DNA from: Leucoraja ocellata
Taxonomy: Eukaryota
Length of the DNA stretch: 64,000 bases
NCBI GenBank assembly: GCA_036785375.1
Contig: JAWMAR010000023.1
Span: forward strand, 5,146,001-5,210,000
Direction of reading: 5' to 3'
Shown here: positions 50,396-63,130 of the stretch, piece by piece
Layout: each line of letters starts with the position of its first letter
How positions within the stretch are numbered: position 1 is the first letter of the stretch
Made by a program: the position numbers and the translations under genes
Notes under the pieces: model-generated
Told to the model about the DNA's origin: nothing
Database searches by the model: none
The model's input: the letters and a program-made list of their open reading frames with translations, nothing else

Positions 50396-53300
50396 TAACC
50401 TTCAGGCACTCAAAATGAGGCAATCCCGTTGTGGAATGTTTCACCTGCATGGCGTTTAAAATGCTTCAATTTGTCAAAATAAAACAGGTACTGCAAGTAC
50501 AGAATTCCTAGAAGATACCTTTCTTCCTTTATTTTTTGGATGGTGGAATTAATATTTCCCTTCTTTCTGCGCCTCCTGTCGCTTGTGGTTGGGGTGTGTT
50601 GTGTGAAAGGGAGAAGCAGCACGTCTCATTTGCAGTTCTTCACTGACTCTCTGGAGGGAAATTGGGGTCGTTCCTAATCTTACTTTCCATTATACATTCT
50701 GGAAAAAAAAAACATTTGGATTTTACTTGGTGGGTCACCAGAATGAGACGTGATTGTGAACTGAATGGAGAGGAAACATTGGCAACACGTCGACCACTGT
50801 CGACCTCTACGCTGCAGTTCCCCAATCACCACCTCTGCCTTCTAGAGTCGTTCTCAGTAACAATGATGCAGAGAAGCCTCCAATGAGTACGTGTGGCGAA
50901 AATTGCACTTATGCATTAAATACGTGTTTTCTAATTGTATAGTTTTGCACTAATGTTTGTTTTTTCTGTACAGTCTTTTTATTTTTCCATTGTCTTGCAG
51001 GATTTATGGATAACTTAATATAATGGGGTTTGATGGAGAAGGAAGAGTGAACCAGAGTGTCATGGGGAGAACAGTTTATGAGGATGCTGGCAGGGGAGGG
51101 GATGTTATGTCTGGTGGGTAAAGGAAATTTCAGAGGATGATGGAGGCCAGTGGGGTGAATGTGCGGACAACTTAATACATATTTGATTCCTCTCTTTTCT
51201 CAGTTGTGATGAACCGTTGTTGGTTTGAAATGTTATTGGAAACCTGAAATACAATCAGAATGGTGGGAAAATTCAGCAGGGCAGGCGGCATCTGTAGAGA
51301 GACAGAAACGGTTAATGTTTCAGGTAATTTGGCCTTCAGTGCAGTTCTGTGAATTTATGTCAAAGATCATTGGTCATTTCTATTTCTCTCTTCACAGATG
51401 AGAAAGCAGTCACGGTTTTTATACAGCTTTTTAGCATTTGCAGTGTTTTGCTTTTCAATAAGTAGTGTTAGTTGCTTTGTTCCTTCAATTAGAGAGAAGA
51501 CTGTGCATGGGAGGCAAGACATGGTCCATGTCGGAAATATATTCATGTTTCTTCTATGCTGTTCTCCCCAAGGCAACTGGATTCAACCACCTTTCCCTTT
51601 AATGTTTATAACCTGAGAAAGAGTCCATTAATGAGCATTTAAGCCAAATCCATAAGGCAACCAATTGGTATCTGACCCAAATGTAATGTGCAACTACCAT
51701 TCAAATCAGGAATTACATCTCTGGGGAGGGATGAAGTGTGGTTATGTTCTTGGCTGAGAAGTGTGGCTTTGGTAGAGACTTGTGAGCCAGCTCTCGGTGA
51801 TGATCAGCCTGTGACTTGGGGGAAAAAAAAGTCCGATTTCATATGAAATATAGACTGGTATAAAACTTGAATGATGTTGTTCACTGGTTCTCTCCTCACC
51901 CTGTGTTCTGCAGCGCTTGCTGTTTGAGCAGCTAAATTAAGCCCTTGATATGTGAATGTATACCAGACTTGAAAATTAAACGACCCAAAGCTACTTTGGG
52001 AGCTGAAGTTGGCAAAGTTTGCAGGTACAGTAATAAAAAAAACGCACCAGCTAAAGGCTTTGTATTCGATCAAATTAACCTTGGAGTCATCTGTAGAAGA
52101 TTGGCACAAGAGCTGAATAAAGACGCAGCGTTGAATCTCAGTCTTGCTGCATTACTTCTACAGAGAAGATCAACGATGCTTTATCCAAGGCCAGTGTTGG
52201 GTGTGATGGATCAATCAGTTCACGGCTTGTAATATTAATCATTTTCTGATGGTATATTGTGATATTGGCCAATTGATCTCAGAAAGCCTTTTCTCTATCC
52301 TCCTTCAGACATCTGTAAGATATGCTTGCGTTTGAAGGGTAAAGCTTTGACCTCTGTTATATTTGCCAGATCTGGATCTGTTAATCCGTAAAGAGATTTT
52401 CAAAAATCCAGGAGCACAGAGTAGCGACAGATTCAGCAACATTGAAATACCCACAGGACATTAAGCTCCCGTCTTAAAACTAGGAGTATCGGAGACGAGA
52501 TATTTTTACTAGTCATTTGGGAGTAATATAATTGCAGTTTGTGGCTGCAGCAGATGCTGAAGACAGCTGGTGGAAGAGAGATTGCCCATTTTTCTCATCA
52601 TTGAAAGAGTACAGATAAACCCATACACTGAAACCTCGTAAAGCTCTTATTAGGTTTGGCTGAAGGAGCTAAGGTGTGTGAGCATGAGTGCTTGTCTGCA
52701 CACCAAGTACTTGCCTGCTTTTAAGCTAGACAACAACGATCGACATTTAAAACCAGGGTGCTGCAGTTTGCTGTGAGCATGGTGCTGGATTTGGGGGAAA
52801 TCCCCGCTTGGGAGTGTAATTGACGTACATCAAATTGTTAGACATGAGTATTACGCATTCCGGTGAATGCTCTTCTATGTGAAACACGAATAATGGATGA
52901 GATTTATTAATACCCTGTTGTACTGTGTCATGCATGCCAATGATCAAAGGCAAAACGCTACCAAGCAGAGATAGGAACAGTAAAAAAAATATTTACCTGC
53001 CCAGGTTCCAATTCCTTTACCTCTTCACTTGAAGGTGCTGATGTAGGCTTTGCATGCTTTCACATCCATCTTGAAGTGACCCATTTGTCATGTTTCATGG
53101 AGAGAGGGAGTGCTGCTCGTTCCAATATGGGATCATCACACCCCAGGACTGGCCTGGGGGGGGGGGGGGGGGTCACTGATTGTCTATCAGAAAGGGATAC
53201 CCTGGCAGATGGGTTGCCCCATTCCTTACCCAATTGTAACTTACAGCCACCACATGTGAAACCATCTATATCAGTGCACAAAGTATCTTGGATATTTCTG

Positions 53301-53500
53301 GGAGATTCCCAATATTTTCAGATGGAACTCGGCTGATGAGGAACATATTTTTTTAAATTTCTGCTTCTTGTGTTTGCTCTTCTTGTACCACTTGTCTCTG
53401 GGCAAGGTGAGCTTTTGGTCAGATTTCCTCTTGAGTAAGGCCCTTTTCAATCCAACATCTGTGGATGTAGAGTAATGTTGGCATTGTTGAGATCCCCTAA

Positions 53501-53556
53501 TAGCTCCATCGATGCTGCTGCACCCGCTGAGTTTCTCCAGATTTTTTTGTGTACCT
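53501..53556 (+). mobile_element. Truncated PLE mini-element lacking the hammerhead
   Basis: gctccatcgatgctgctgcacccgctgagtttctccag; flanking repeat tcccctaa (53493-53500, 53557-53564). Confidence 0.75.
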
Positions 53557-55214
53557 TCCCCTAAAACAATCTGGTTTACTCGTGTGCTTTTAGTGCAGGA
53601 AGCTTTATGTCCTTAAGGCTCATGTGTGACTCCAGAACGCTCCCAATAACCCACCTCACAGAGTTGAAACATAAGTCCCTCGGAAGTCCTGACATGTCAG
53701 AAGTGGGGAGGATGTTTCCTCTGGTGCAAAAATGTAAAACCAGCATTCAGTGTTTAAAAATAAGGGGTCACCCACTTAACACCGAGGCAGGGGCATTCAC
53801 TTGAACTCCAACTTTCCCTGCCCCCAAATAGAAATAATACCAGTGTAATTGTATTATTACTTGTAATAATTAATATTACATTTTATCACCTATGACTAAA
53901 TGGCTCTGGCTGGGCTAAGAAGGTCATTCCTCACATCAGTTCAGTTTAGTTCAACTATTAATGTTGAGTGTAATTACATTTCTGCATGTGTCATCGCCAA
54001 AGCCAATATTCCCTGAAAGTAGCATCACGGGTGGATAGGGAGGTGAAAAATACTTTTGGCATATTGGTCATCATCAGTCTGTCGCAGAAGAGAAGCATCA
54101 TCCAAGTCTGACAGCGAGACATGAGAAATTAGGACATTATCGAACACTTGGCCAAAGATGGAATGGCCAGTCAGCTGGTGGACAGTGTGGAGTGGAAGTT
54201 TTCAGAGTGTGGCATCTGAAGGTGCAGCTTCCAGTGGTGAAGCTCTTCAATCAGGGGATTACCAGAACTGGGAAAACTCTGAAATCTCAGAGGATTGTTG
54301 AGTTTGAGGAAATTATAGATAATGAGAGATCTGGCATGAAGGGATTTGAAAACTGATGAGAATGTTTAAATCAAAGCATTCTTAACCCGGAGCCATTCAT
54401 GGATGGGGGTGATGGATGAGAGGGTCTTTGCGTAAGTGACTGCACATGCAGTGATGTTGTGGAGGGTTGAATAAAGGAGGAAATCCTGGAATGTGTTGGT
54501 AACAGGACAGGCATGGACACCTAGAGAGGGCGAGATTAGACTTTCTACCACATCACTCAACTTTCTCTCTCTCAGAGAACGCTGGTTGTCCATCTTTGGC
54601 TGGCTTTGCCTAGGATCTCCGTACACAGGAGGTCATTGAATGCCAGCTCTTTGATTCAACTCTTCAATTAATACCATTCCCTTGTGTTTCTTCCCCCCCC
54701 AAAGTCATGCAATTTTGTTTTAAAAATGTAACTTCTTGTCCAATCCACTTATGAAAGTTGTCATTGAATATGCTTTCACCATGTGTTTGACGAGTGAATT
54801 TTTGTTTTTTAAAGAAACGTTTTCTCGAATCTCCTGTGACATGTCCGATAATCCTATTACATTAAGCTGATATCGTCCATTTACCACCCCCCTGCTGCCA
54901 GAACAATCTTTTACCTTTTATTATTTTGAATACATCTATCAACTCCACTTATACTAAAGGACAACACCTTCAGTTTCCCAAATCTCCACATAAACCTGAC
55001 AGCAACCCTTCCCAAGGTCTTAGCTTTCTTTCAACACGGTGGTGCTCACAGTGTTCCATCTGTGCCCTGATCCGTGTTTTATACTTTAACAAAATGGTTT
55101 TGCTTATGCACTCTGTCACCATTAATAAAGCCCAGGTTCCCATATGTTTTAACGGCTTGCTCAATTTGTACTGCCACATTCAAAGATTAGTGCATACATG
55201 CGTGCATCGTACGT

Positions 55215-55655
55215 TGGAGGCTCAGCAGTTAAGTTACTGGACCGGCAATCCAGAGTCCTGCACGCACTATTCAGAGACCAGAGTTCAAATCACACCATGG
55301 CAACAATGGAATAAAAATTCATTGATTTTAAAAGAAAGTTAAAAGAATTTCAAAAGAATTAGTCGTTCGTAATAATAACACCAAAACTGCCACATTGCTA
55401 CCGAAACCCAGCTGGATTTGGTGTCCAGAATGTGAATCTATCATCTTTCCCAGTCTAGCCTGTTTGTGATGCCAGATTCATCAATGCGCTCGACTCTCAA
55501 ATGCCCCAGTAAGCCACTCATTAAGACCACACTGGCTCTCTTTGGATTGCAGTGGCTCAAGAAGATGAAAAGCATCTGAAAGGCAATTTGCAATGAGCAA
55601 TAAATGCTGGCTTTTCCAGTGACAGCCTTATCCCAATAAGATGAATAAATAAAAA
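55215..55655 (+). mobile_element. Old tRNA-derived SINE with LINE-like tail
   Basis: gagttcaaatcacaccatggca B-box-like head; tail gcaataaatgctggcttttccagtgacagccttatccc...gaataaataaaaa. Confidence 0.55.
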
Positions 55656-56325
55656 CGACCCCCCCCGCCCCCCTCCGCCCCCCACCCACCCTGGTCTCTC
55701 TGTTCACGTCTTGTCAAATTGTGCCTTTTTAATGCATGTTGCCTTTTCATTCTTCCGACTGGAATGCACCCGTTCATCATTAAATCACAGTAGCAATTGT
55801 GCACTTGAGCAAGTATTGAGGGCTGGTGAATGAGGGAGGTTTTGCTGCTGTGTTAGTGATATCGGGAAGCAATATGTGCATAGTTATATTCCTTAAAATC
55901 ATATTGGTTCTGTTCACGTCCCCGAAGAAACATCTTTAAGTTGGGCTCCTGGTACCATGTTATGTCTGGTGGCAAATCTGTTGTGAGTTGCGAGGTTTCC
56001 AATCTTCTTGTCTTACTGAATCTGTAATCATGAGACTGGTTTTGGTGGGTGATTGTGCTACCTAGTACAGATGGACCCAGAGCCAATTACAGTCAGCCTG
56101 CCTTAGATCTTTGGCCATCTGAATCAGGGTTGGTGGAGAGTAAATCTCTGGGGTTGGAAAAGGAAGGAACAGCTACATTAAATCAGTATCTGTGCAAAAT
56201 GCACTGTGATGAGCCAGATATACTGTAGGGGACGTGTCAGCTAGTTCGACTGTAAAGTGCATGTCAGCTGAAGGTGAGGTAAGGCTCAAACCTGATGCCA
56301 AGGCATCTGCAATTCATGCCACCTA

Positions 56326-56569
56326 CAGTGCCCTCCATAATGTTTGGGACAAAGACCCATCATTTATTTATTTGCCTCTGTACTCCACAATTTGAGATTT
56401 GTAATCGAAAGAATCACATGTGTTTAAAGTGCACATTGTCAGATTTTATTCAATGGTATTTTTTATACATTTTGGTTGCACCATGTAGAAATCACAGCAG
56501 TGTTTATACATAGTCCCCCCCCCCCCCCCCCCCCCCATTTCAGGGCACCATAATGTTTGGTGGGCACTG
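56326..56569 (+). mobile_element. Internally deleted Tc1-like (IR/DR) transposon
   Basis: TA|CAGTGCCC...GGGCACTG|TA; direct repeats CCATAATGTTTGG at 56335-56347 and 56548-56560; internal C22 tract. Confidence 0.85.
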
Positions 56570-56700
56570 TACGTGCTCAGTGTGTACATTGCTGGGAAAA
56601 AAACATTACTTTGGCACTGCATTGCTTTCCCCCCTCCCTGATTTAACTGTATGTCCCAACTCCCAGTCTCTCCAGGTTGTCTATCTTCAGTCTGTTTCTC

Positions 56701-56745
56701 CTTCTCTCTCCATCTCCCTCTCTCTCTCTCTCTCTCCCTCTCTTT
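56701..56745. repeat. (CT)n microsatellite
   Basis: ctccctctctctctctctctctccctctct. Confidence 0.8.
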
Positions 56746-56779
56746 CCCGCTGAAACTCCAGACCCACGCTTGCACTCTT

Positions 56780-57540
56780 GTTGCTGTCTCCCCTTTCTAC
56801 TACAACACTTCCTGCACTAGAACATCTAAACCCCTCTACATCGTCAACAACTTTTCTTTTGACTCCCCTCACTTCATTAAAGGTGTACCATGGGCACTCG
56901 CTTGGGCTCCAGCTACGCCTGCCTTTTCGTCGGTTTCACCAAACATTCCTTGTTCAAAAAAATGTACGCAGGCACCATTCCCCATTAACTTTACTTCTAA
57001 CTCCACCCCATCCTCAAATTCACCTGGACTATCTCTGACACGTCTCCCGTTTCTTGATCTCTCAGTCTCCATCACAGGGCACAGACTATCGACTGACATC
57101 TACCTCAAACGCACTGACCCCCACTGTTATAAGGACTGCACCTCCTCCAGCCCCACCTTTGGCAAAGAGACCATCCTTCCTCTCACTTTCTCTGTCTCCA
57201 CCATATGCATGTTGAGGATTAAACATTTTTTTAAATTCCAGGACATTTGAGATATCCTTTTACTTTAGTGAACACGGCTCAACCCGGCTGACATAGATGG
57301 ATTCCTCACCCGCGTTTCCTCTGTGTCCAGTAGTTTTAATCTTGCTCCCCTTCCTCCAGACGGAACAAGAATAGACTTCCCCTGGTCCTTGCCTTTCACC
57401 CCACCAGCCTCTGCATCCAACATATTCTCTGACATTTCCGCCACCAGTCACCCCCCCCCCCCCCCCACCCCATCCCTATCCCTTTCTGTCTTCCACAGAG
57501 GCCGCTCCCTCCACGACTACTTACTTCATCACATCTACAT
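56780..57540 (+). mobile_element. Penelope-like reverse transcriptase fragment (decayed)
   Basis: NNFSFDS.HF..KGV.MGTRLG.SYACLFVG across a frameshift; LPFLDLSVSITG.RLSTDIY.K.TD.H.Y.D.TSS.P; F.RGRSLHD.L. Confidence 0.9.
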
Positions 57541-57589
57541 TTTCCCCTCAATCAACTCTCCCTTTTACATCCTCAAAGAATTCAAACAA

Positions 57590-58760
57590 ATTTGTCGAAC
57601 ACGATTGCCTTTCATATAACCTGTGATTAGGCGTAATTGTATTCAGTCTTCCTAAATGATTCGTTATTTCCTCTTTGATTACTGACTCTAGCACCTTGCC
57701 AATAATAGCTGTTATTAACGAACTGGCCTGTAGTTCCCTGCCTTCTGCCTTTCTCCTTTTCTTAACAAGAAAGAGTCACATTGGCTGTTCTCCAATCTTT
57801 TGGAACCCTTCTAGAATTTAGCAAATTATAAAAAATTGTAAGCAATGGATCTACCACCTCTGCAGCCACTTCCTTTAAAATCCTCGCTTGCAGTTCATTA
57901 TGATGACTTATCCACCTTTACTGCCCTCTCCCTGAGCGTTTCCAATACCTTATTCCTTGTAATAGGGATATTTGTATATTCCACATTGGTATTTGTAATG
58001 AGCCCATCTGATATCTTAATGACGTCTTCCACAGTGAAAACTGATGCAAATAAGTTATTCAATATGTCTGCCATTTGATTGTTGCTCTTATTAATTCACC
58101 AGCCTTGTTCTCTGGAGGCCCCACATTTACCTTAGCTGCCTTCTTCCTAATTATTTATACATATATATACATAGGAATTTGCACTGTTTGTTTTTATACC
58201 GTGTGCAAGTTATCTCTCAGAATTCATTTTCATCTTGTGAGCTTTCTCGTCTTCTGCTGGAGCCTGAAAACTTCCCACTCTAGTTTTCAAATTACCACTG
58301 TCCTTTAGCTCCTTTGCCAACCACAGATTGTGCCTCCTTCTCGCAGAGTTATAGTCATAGTGTGAAAACAGGTCCTTTTGCCCAACTTGTCCACACCGGC
58401 CAACATGTCCCAGTTGCACTAATCCCACCTGACTGTGTTTGGTCCAACCTGCCTGCCTGTGCTTTTTTTCCTGGAATCCCTTGGTTTATTGGGATGAACT
58501 CTTGTTCAGTGTTATAGCCTAGCTGTTTGTATCCTCGGGCCTTCTATTAGTTTGGTCACTCAGCCATCTTAGACAACTCCTCCCTTGTATAACTATAATT
58601 GAAGACACTAGATACGGACCCAATGGAATGCTATTTATTGAATGGAATGTATTTTGAATTCTATCAGATTGTGGTCACTATTTCTGAGGAGATCTTTAAC
58701 AAGACCCCTTATTAATCTTTCTTCATTGCATAAGGTCACATCTGAAATAGACTGTTCCCA
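57590..58760 (-). mobile_element. Old CR1 LINE ORF2 fragment with a nested CR1 tail (about 58345-58450)
   Basis: ctggcctgtagttccc (GNYRPV), cttccacagtgaaaactgatgcaaataagttattcaa (LNNLFASVFTVE), attgtggtcacta (SDHN). Confidence 0.75.
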
Positions 58761-61700
58761 GCAGGTTTTAAGCCTCGTACACAATCCTAGTTACATGATT
58801 CACTCAGTCCCAGCATGATGCTGGTGGCTTCCATCCCAACGGAACAGATCTCTCCTTCCCCAGTACTGGTGCACTGTCCCGTGAATGGGAACCCACTTCT
58901 CTCCCACACCAAGGTTTGAGCCAAGCATGTACCTCTCAAATCCCAATTATCTAGTGGCTCGGGTAATAATCCTGAGATTATCGCCCTTGTGGTCCTGCTT
59001 TGCAGTTTGGCCCCAGGCTCCTCATTCTCATTCTTTGTTTTCATGTCTGAATCTGGTGTAGTTCCATCACAACGGTAGCACATTGGCCAGCTGATCATTC
59101 AGCAGTGCTCATTTCTATTTCAAAACTCAACCGAGGTGGAAAGGGAAAGACAGTGGAAAGTGAAAGACTGTAATTAAATCTTGGGTATTAAAGTTGTCAT
59201 TTGAATTCCCAACACTGAATCAAGGCCTTGCAATTCACCCTTGGCTATCAGCAGTTCCCCTGAATATAATAAAAGGCACTCATGATCAAACCATTCTCCT
59301 CCCTAAAAAACAAACTCAATAAATGCCACAGCTGGAGGCATCAGCAGTTTGTGCTGCTAAAGCATGGGATGTGCAGTTGAGCTTGGAGTTTGGGTCAGGC
59401 CTGGGAAAAGGGGATTTCAATATTTTATTTCAGTTTTAATTTGTCCAAGAACAGCAGGTAACATTTAATTATTCATTCGTTTTTTTATTCTCCTCTCATT
59501 TCACTTTTCCGCTGGGCCAGTATTGAAACTGATGTTGATGAGCTTGTGCTTGTATGTGTTGGGACTGATTGTTGATGTCTGCCATGATGTGGGGCCCTGC
59601 AGATTAGAGAGGTTTAGGTAGACCTCGAAGACAGCTCACAACCCACGGTGGAGTTATTCTGATTAGTCTGAAATGACAAGATAATTTGCAATTTTACACG
59701 GGATAACATCTGGAACCCTCTAATTGGCTCATATTTTGAATATGTCACAATTATGGTCGTCAGGCACAAAATTTATCACCGGCTGCCCTCTGCTACAGGC
59801 CCTGATTTATTTTATTAGCAGATCTTTCCTCTCACAGAAGCACACACAAGATGCCACTATGCTTCAAAGGGGGTAGCTTCCTCCACATTTGTCTTTTGGC
59901 AAGGCTAAGCTTTGCCAGTTCTTAATTACTCTGCAGTCAACTGTGTGGCGTGGGTCTGGAGCCACGTACTGGCCAGCTGTGGTGAAAATGGCAGCTTCCT
60001 CAAGAACGACTGCTCTTTAAAGGTGGCTTCTCGAGGTGCCTCACAGGAGTAGAATGAGAGAAAATTTGGCGCTAATAGGAGATATTCGAATGTCTCTAAA
60101 TGCTGAAAAACAAACCGCAGGATGGCAAGGTGGAGAGGTTTATAGGATTCCAGAGCTTCAGGCTTTTTAGATGAAGATGCAGCTGCAAGTGACAAAGTAA
60201 TAAAATCTGGGCAGGTTTTAGTGAAACCAGAGCGGTTTTGGATCAGTGAACCATAGTGCAGAGGAACAGGCCCTTCGGCCCACGGTGTCCATGCCGAACA
60301 TGATGCCAGGTTAAACACATCTCAGCCAACTACATTCACTGGGGAGAGAAAGAGTCTTATCCCCATCTCTGGCGTTTGGAAGGGGTGGAGGACCAAACCA
60401 ATGCCTTAGTTGGGAGAGGTATACAATATGGTGGAGCAGACATGGGGCAAACTTGTGGGCTGAATAGGAGTATTCCTGATCCTCTTGGGCCACAAATTGC
60501 TGATGCACTCTCTCTCTGTAGTCTGTCGCATGCTGGACTGTACCCTACTGGCATCTAAACTGGGAGCAAATGGGTCTTTCCACTGCAAAATATGTAATTG
60601 TGGACATCATAGCAGTGGGTAAACCAGAAGGAAGAATTTCCATTAGAAGCTCTGCCCTTGTGTAAGCCATCTATCTTAACATCCAAATGGAGTATTTAAA
60701 ATGCAGAATCCTTGGCACTGACAACTCCCATGTAGATACACATGTTCACAAAGGAAGCAAAAGACAGTTGGTCAAAATTTCCTTTTGAAGCATCATGAAG
60801 GTGTCTCCAATGGAAAAATGGACTGAAGGACATTTTGTCAGAGAGAAATTAGACTCATCATCTTAGCATAGTGCTGTAGAGTCCTGAATTACAGGCTGTG
60901 CACATGTTCTGAACTAGGTAGTATTGGTAGCTCCTGGACACAAGACTCTGCTGAATATCAGTGTTGGTTTCTGACGTACAGTCCTCAATGGGTCCTTGGA
61001 AAAGAAGTTTGAATCTGAGCCTTTCCACCCGGAGAAACATTTGCATTTCAACTCGTTGGCTACAATGAGAAACAAACCTGGAGCTTCCTCACTGAGTATG
61101 AGTATCTCTAATGAAGAGGAAAATCCCAGGCATAATTGCAATCAGTTGAATAGTTGGCCAGTTGAGATGCCAGTAGCAGGGCATTTCAATAGGGAGAGAA
61201 GGCATGAGCCTTCAGGGGGGTAAAATGGGTGGCAGGATTGGTTCGAGAACAGAAATCTTATCGGTGTTGGTAGGTATTCAGGGCACAGCAGAGGGATTTT
61301 TTTTCAAAGCAATGTAATGGAATATAAACCGTCATTGTAAGATTAAACTAAACTAAGGTTTCGAAAAATCACTGTCTGAATTTGTCTGTGTTTTCAACTA
61401 AAAAACCAACATAGGCAAATATTTTTCATAACCTCTGACAGTATCTGGATAATGAACATGGATCTTTCAGGACGCTGTTATGGTAATAAACAGTGACACA
61501 GAGACACAAGAGACTGCAGTTGCTGGAGTCGACTAAATCTGGAGTTCCTCTCGCAGTTTGTTTCTTTGCTAATGAACAGTGACAGTCTGAAATATATATA
61601 TTTGACTGGAGTGCTGCAACATCTCTTACCTCAAAATTCATTTTTGGTTGACTTCCCCTTTTCTCCACTCTTTTCTGATCCCGGACAAGATCTCATTTAC

Positions 61701-62094
61701 TAACATATTTCTGGCTTTCCAAGGATTATAATCAACTCGATTTTTTGTAGAATTAGTACGTTATCTCAGTCTAGGTTCAAATCAAAGAAACTCCTGAACA
61801 GCAAGAAACCAACGGGTCCAATTTCACCCACTGGAATTAAGATCAGACCCATCCTGCTGATGTTTCTCCTTTTCCTGAGGCATTAACTCATTCTTTCTCA
61901 GGTGCTGTAGTTGTATTAGTTTCTTGTGGTTAAAATGATCATGTTCTAATAATCTTTGGCTTGGAAAAAAAAAGTTTATGTTGATCATTATTAATGCACC
62001 CAGACTGGTTGGCTGAGGTTGAACTTTGATTCATGGAAATAAGGCATCTTCCTGAAGTGAATTTGCACAGATCTAAACCTCTTTGGAGAACTTA

Positions 62095-62278
62095 TTTGTA
62101 GTTGAGGCAGGGACTATCTCAACATTTAAGAAACAGCTGGACCGGTACATGGATAGGACAGGTTTGGAAATGGACCAAACACGGGCAGGTGGCGTAGTGT
62201 AGCTGAGGCATGTTGACCGGTGTGGGCAAGTTGGGCCGAAGGGCCTGTTTCCACACTGTATCACTCTATGACTATGAT
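62095..62278 (+). mobile_element. CR1 (HER1-like) 3' tail
   Basis: gtagttgaggcagggactatc...gggccgaagggcctgtttccacactgtatcactctatgactatg. Confidence 0.85.
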
Positions 62279-62529
62279 TCTTCCACGAGGAGTATGGGCA
62301 TGGTGTCAGTGGAGCACCCTGCACTCACATTACTTTTTAAGTTCCCACTTCCGTGACCTGAACCCAGAATCTAAGCTGCCATTTCCGCTGCCAACTTTCA
62401 GGCATGATGCGGAACTGAAGCCCTCTCCTCAGTTACATGCGAGGAATCCCACAGTGCTACTCAAAGAAAAGGGACACTTCCTTAGTATCCTGAATGATAT
62501 TCAACCTTCAACCATCAGGAAGAACAATG

Positions 62530-62703
62530 AGTAAGAAGGACCTGCAAATGCTGGTTTACACTGATGATGGCGTAACTCAGCGGGACAGGCAGCATTTCTG
62601 GGGAGAAGGAATGGGTGATGTTTCGGACCCCAAAATATCACCCATTCCTTCTCTGCAGAGATGCTGCCTGTCCCGCTGAGTTAATCCAGCGTTTTGTATC
62701 TAT
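62530..62703. mobile_element. Inverted-dimer PLE/hammerhead mini-element
   Basis: ggaatgggtgatgtttcgg-a-ccccaaaatatcacccattcc axis in the stem II region. Confidence 0.8.
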
Positions 62704-62809
62704 GAAACAGAAAGATCCGTTCATTATCTATTGTTGTTTGTGAAAGCTTGTTGTGTGCAAACTGGTTGCCTGCTTTCGTACTTTACATAAAACGTACAAC
62801 ATGATAAAA

Positions 62810-63130
62810 AAGAAAACAAAGTGATGGAGGAACTCAGCAGGTCAGGCAGCATCAATGGAGGGTAAAGACAGATGACGTTTTGAGTTAAGATCTTTCTTTA
62901 CGCTGGTAGAAAGTGGAGAGTAAGAGTTGAGGCAAGAACTTCAAGTGATAGGTGGATCCACACGAAGAGGGTTTGCTTGGCAGATGAATCAGGTTAGTGA
63001 GAGAAGGTTGGAGAGGATCACAGAGACTGGAGATGATCTGGGGAAGACGAGGGGCTGCAGATGACGAAAGTGAGGTGAGGAGTGAAATGTGCTCAAGATC
63101 CTAACAACTACAGTCTCTTGCATCTCCAGA
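62810..63130 (-). mobile_element. Older PLE 3' terminus/UTR relic
   Basis: ggaggaactcagcaggtcaggcagcatcaatggaggg...gacgttttgag followed by a purine-rich PLE-like UTR. Confidence 0.55.

Noticed and set aside
53156-53172. Poly-G/poly-C tracts (also 1742, 28577, 39325, 56515, 57451) as G-quadruplex elements
   Set aside because: Simple homopolymer runs, mostly inside repeats; lengths may be affected by sequencing error
53843-53880. Small AT-rich hairpin
   Set aside because: Short low-complexity stem, expected by chance
56651-57250. Longest ORF (199 aa) as a functional gene
   Set aside because: Read-through of a (CT)n tract into a frameshifted, deleted Penelope RT
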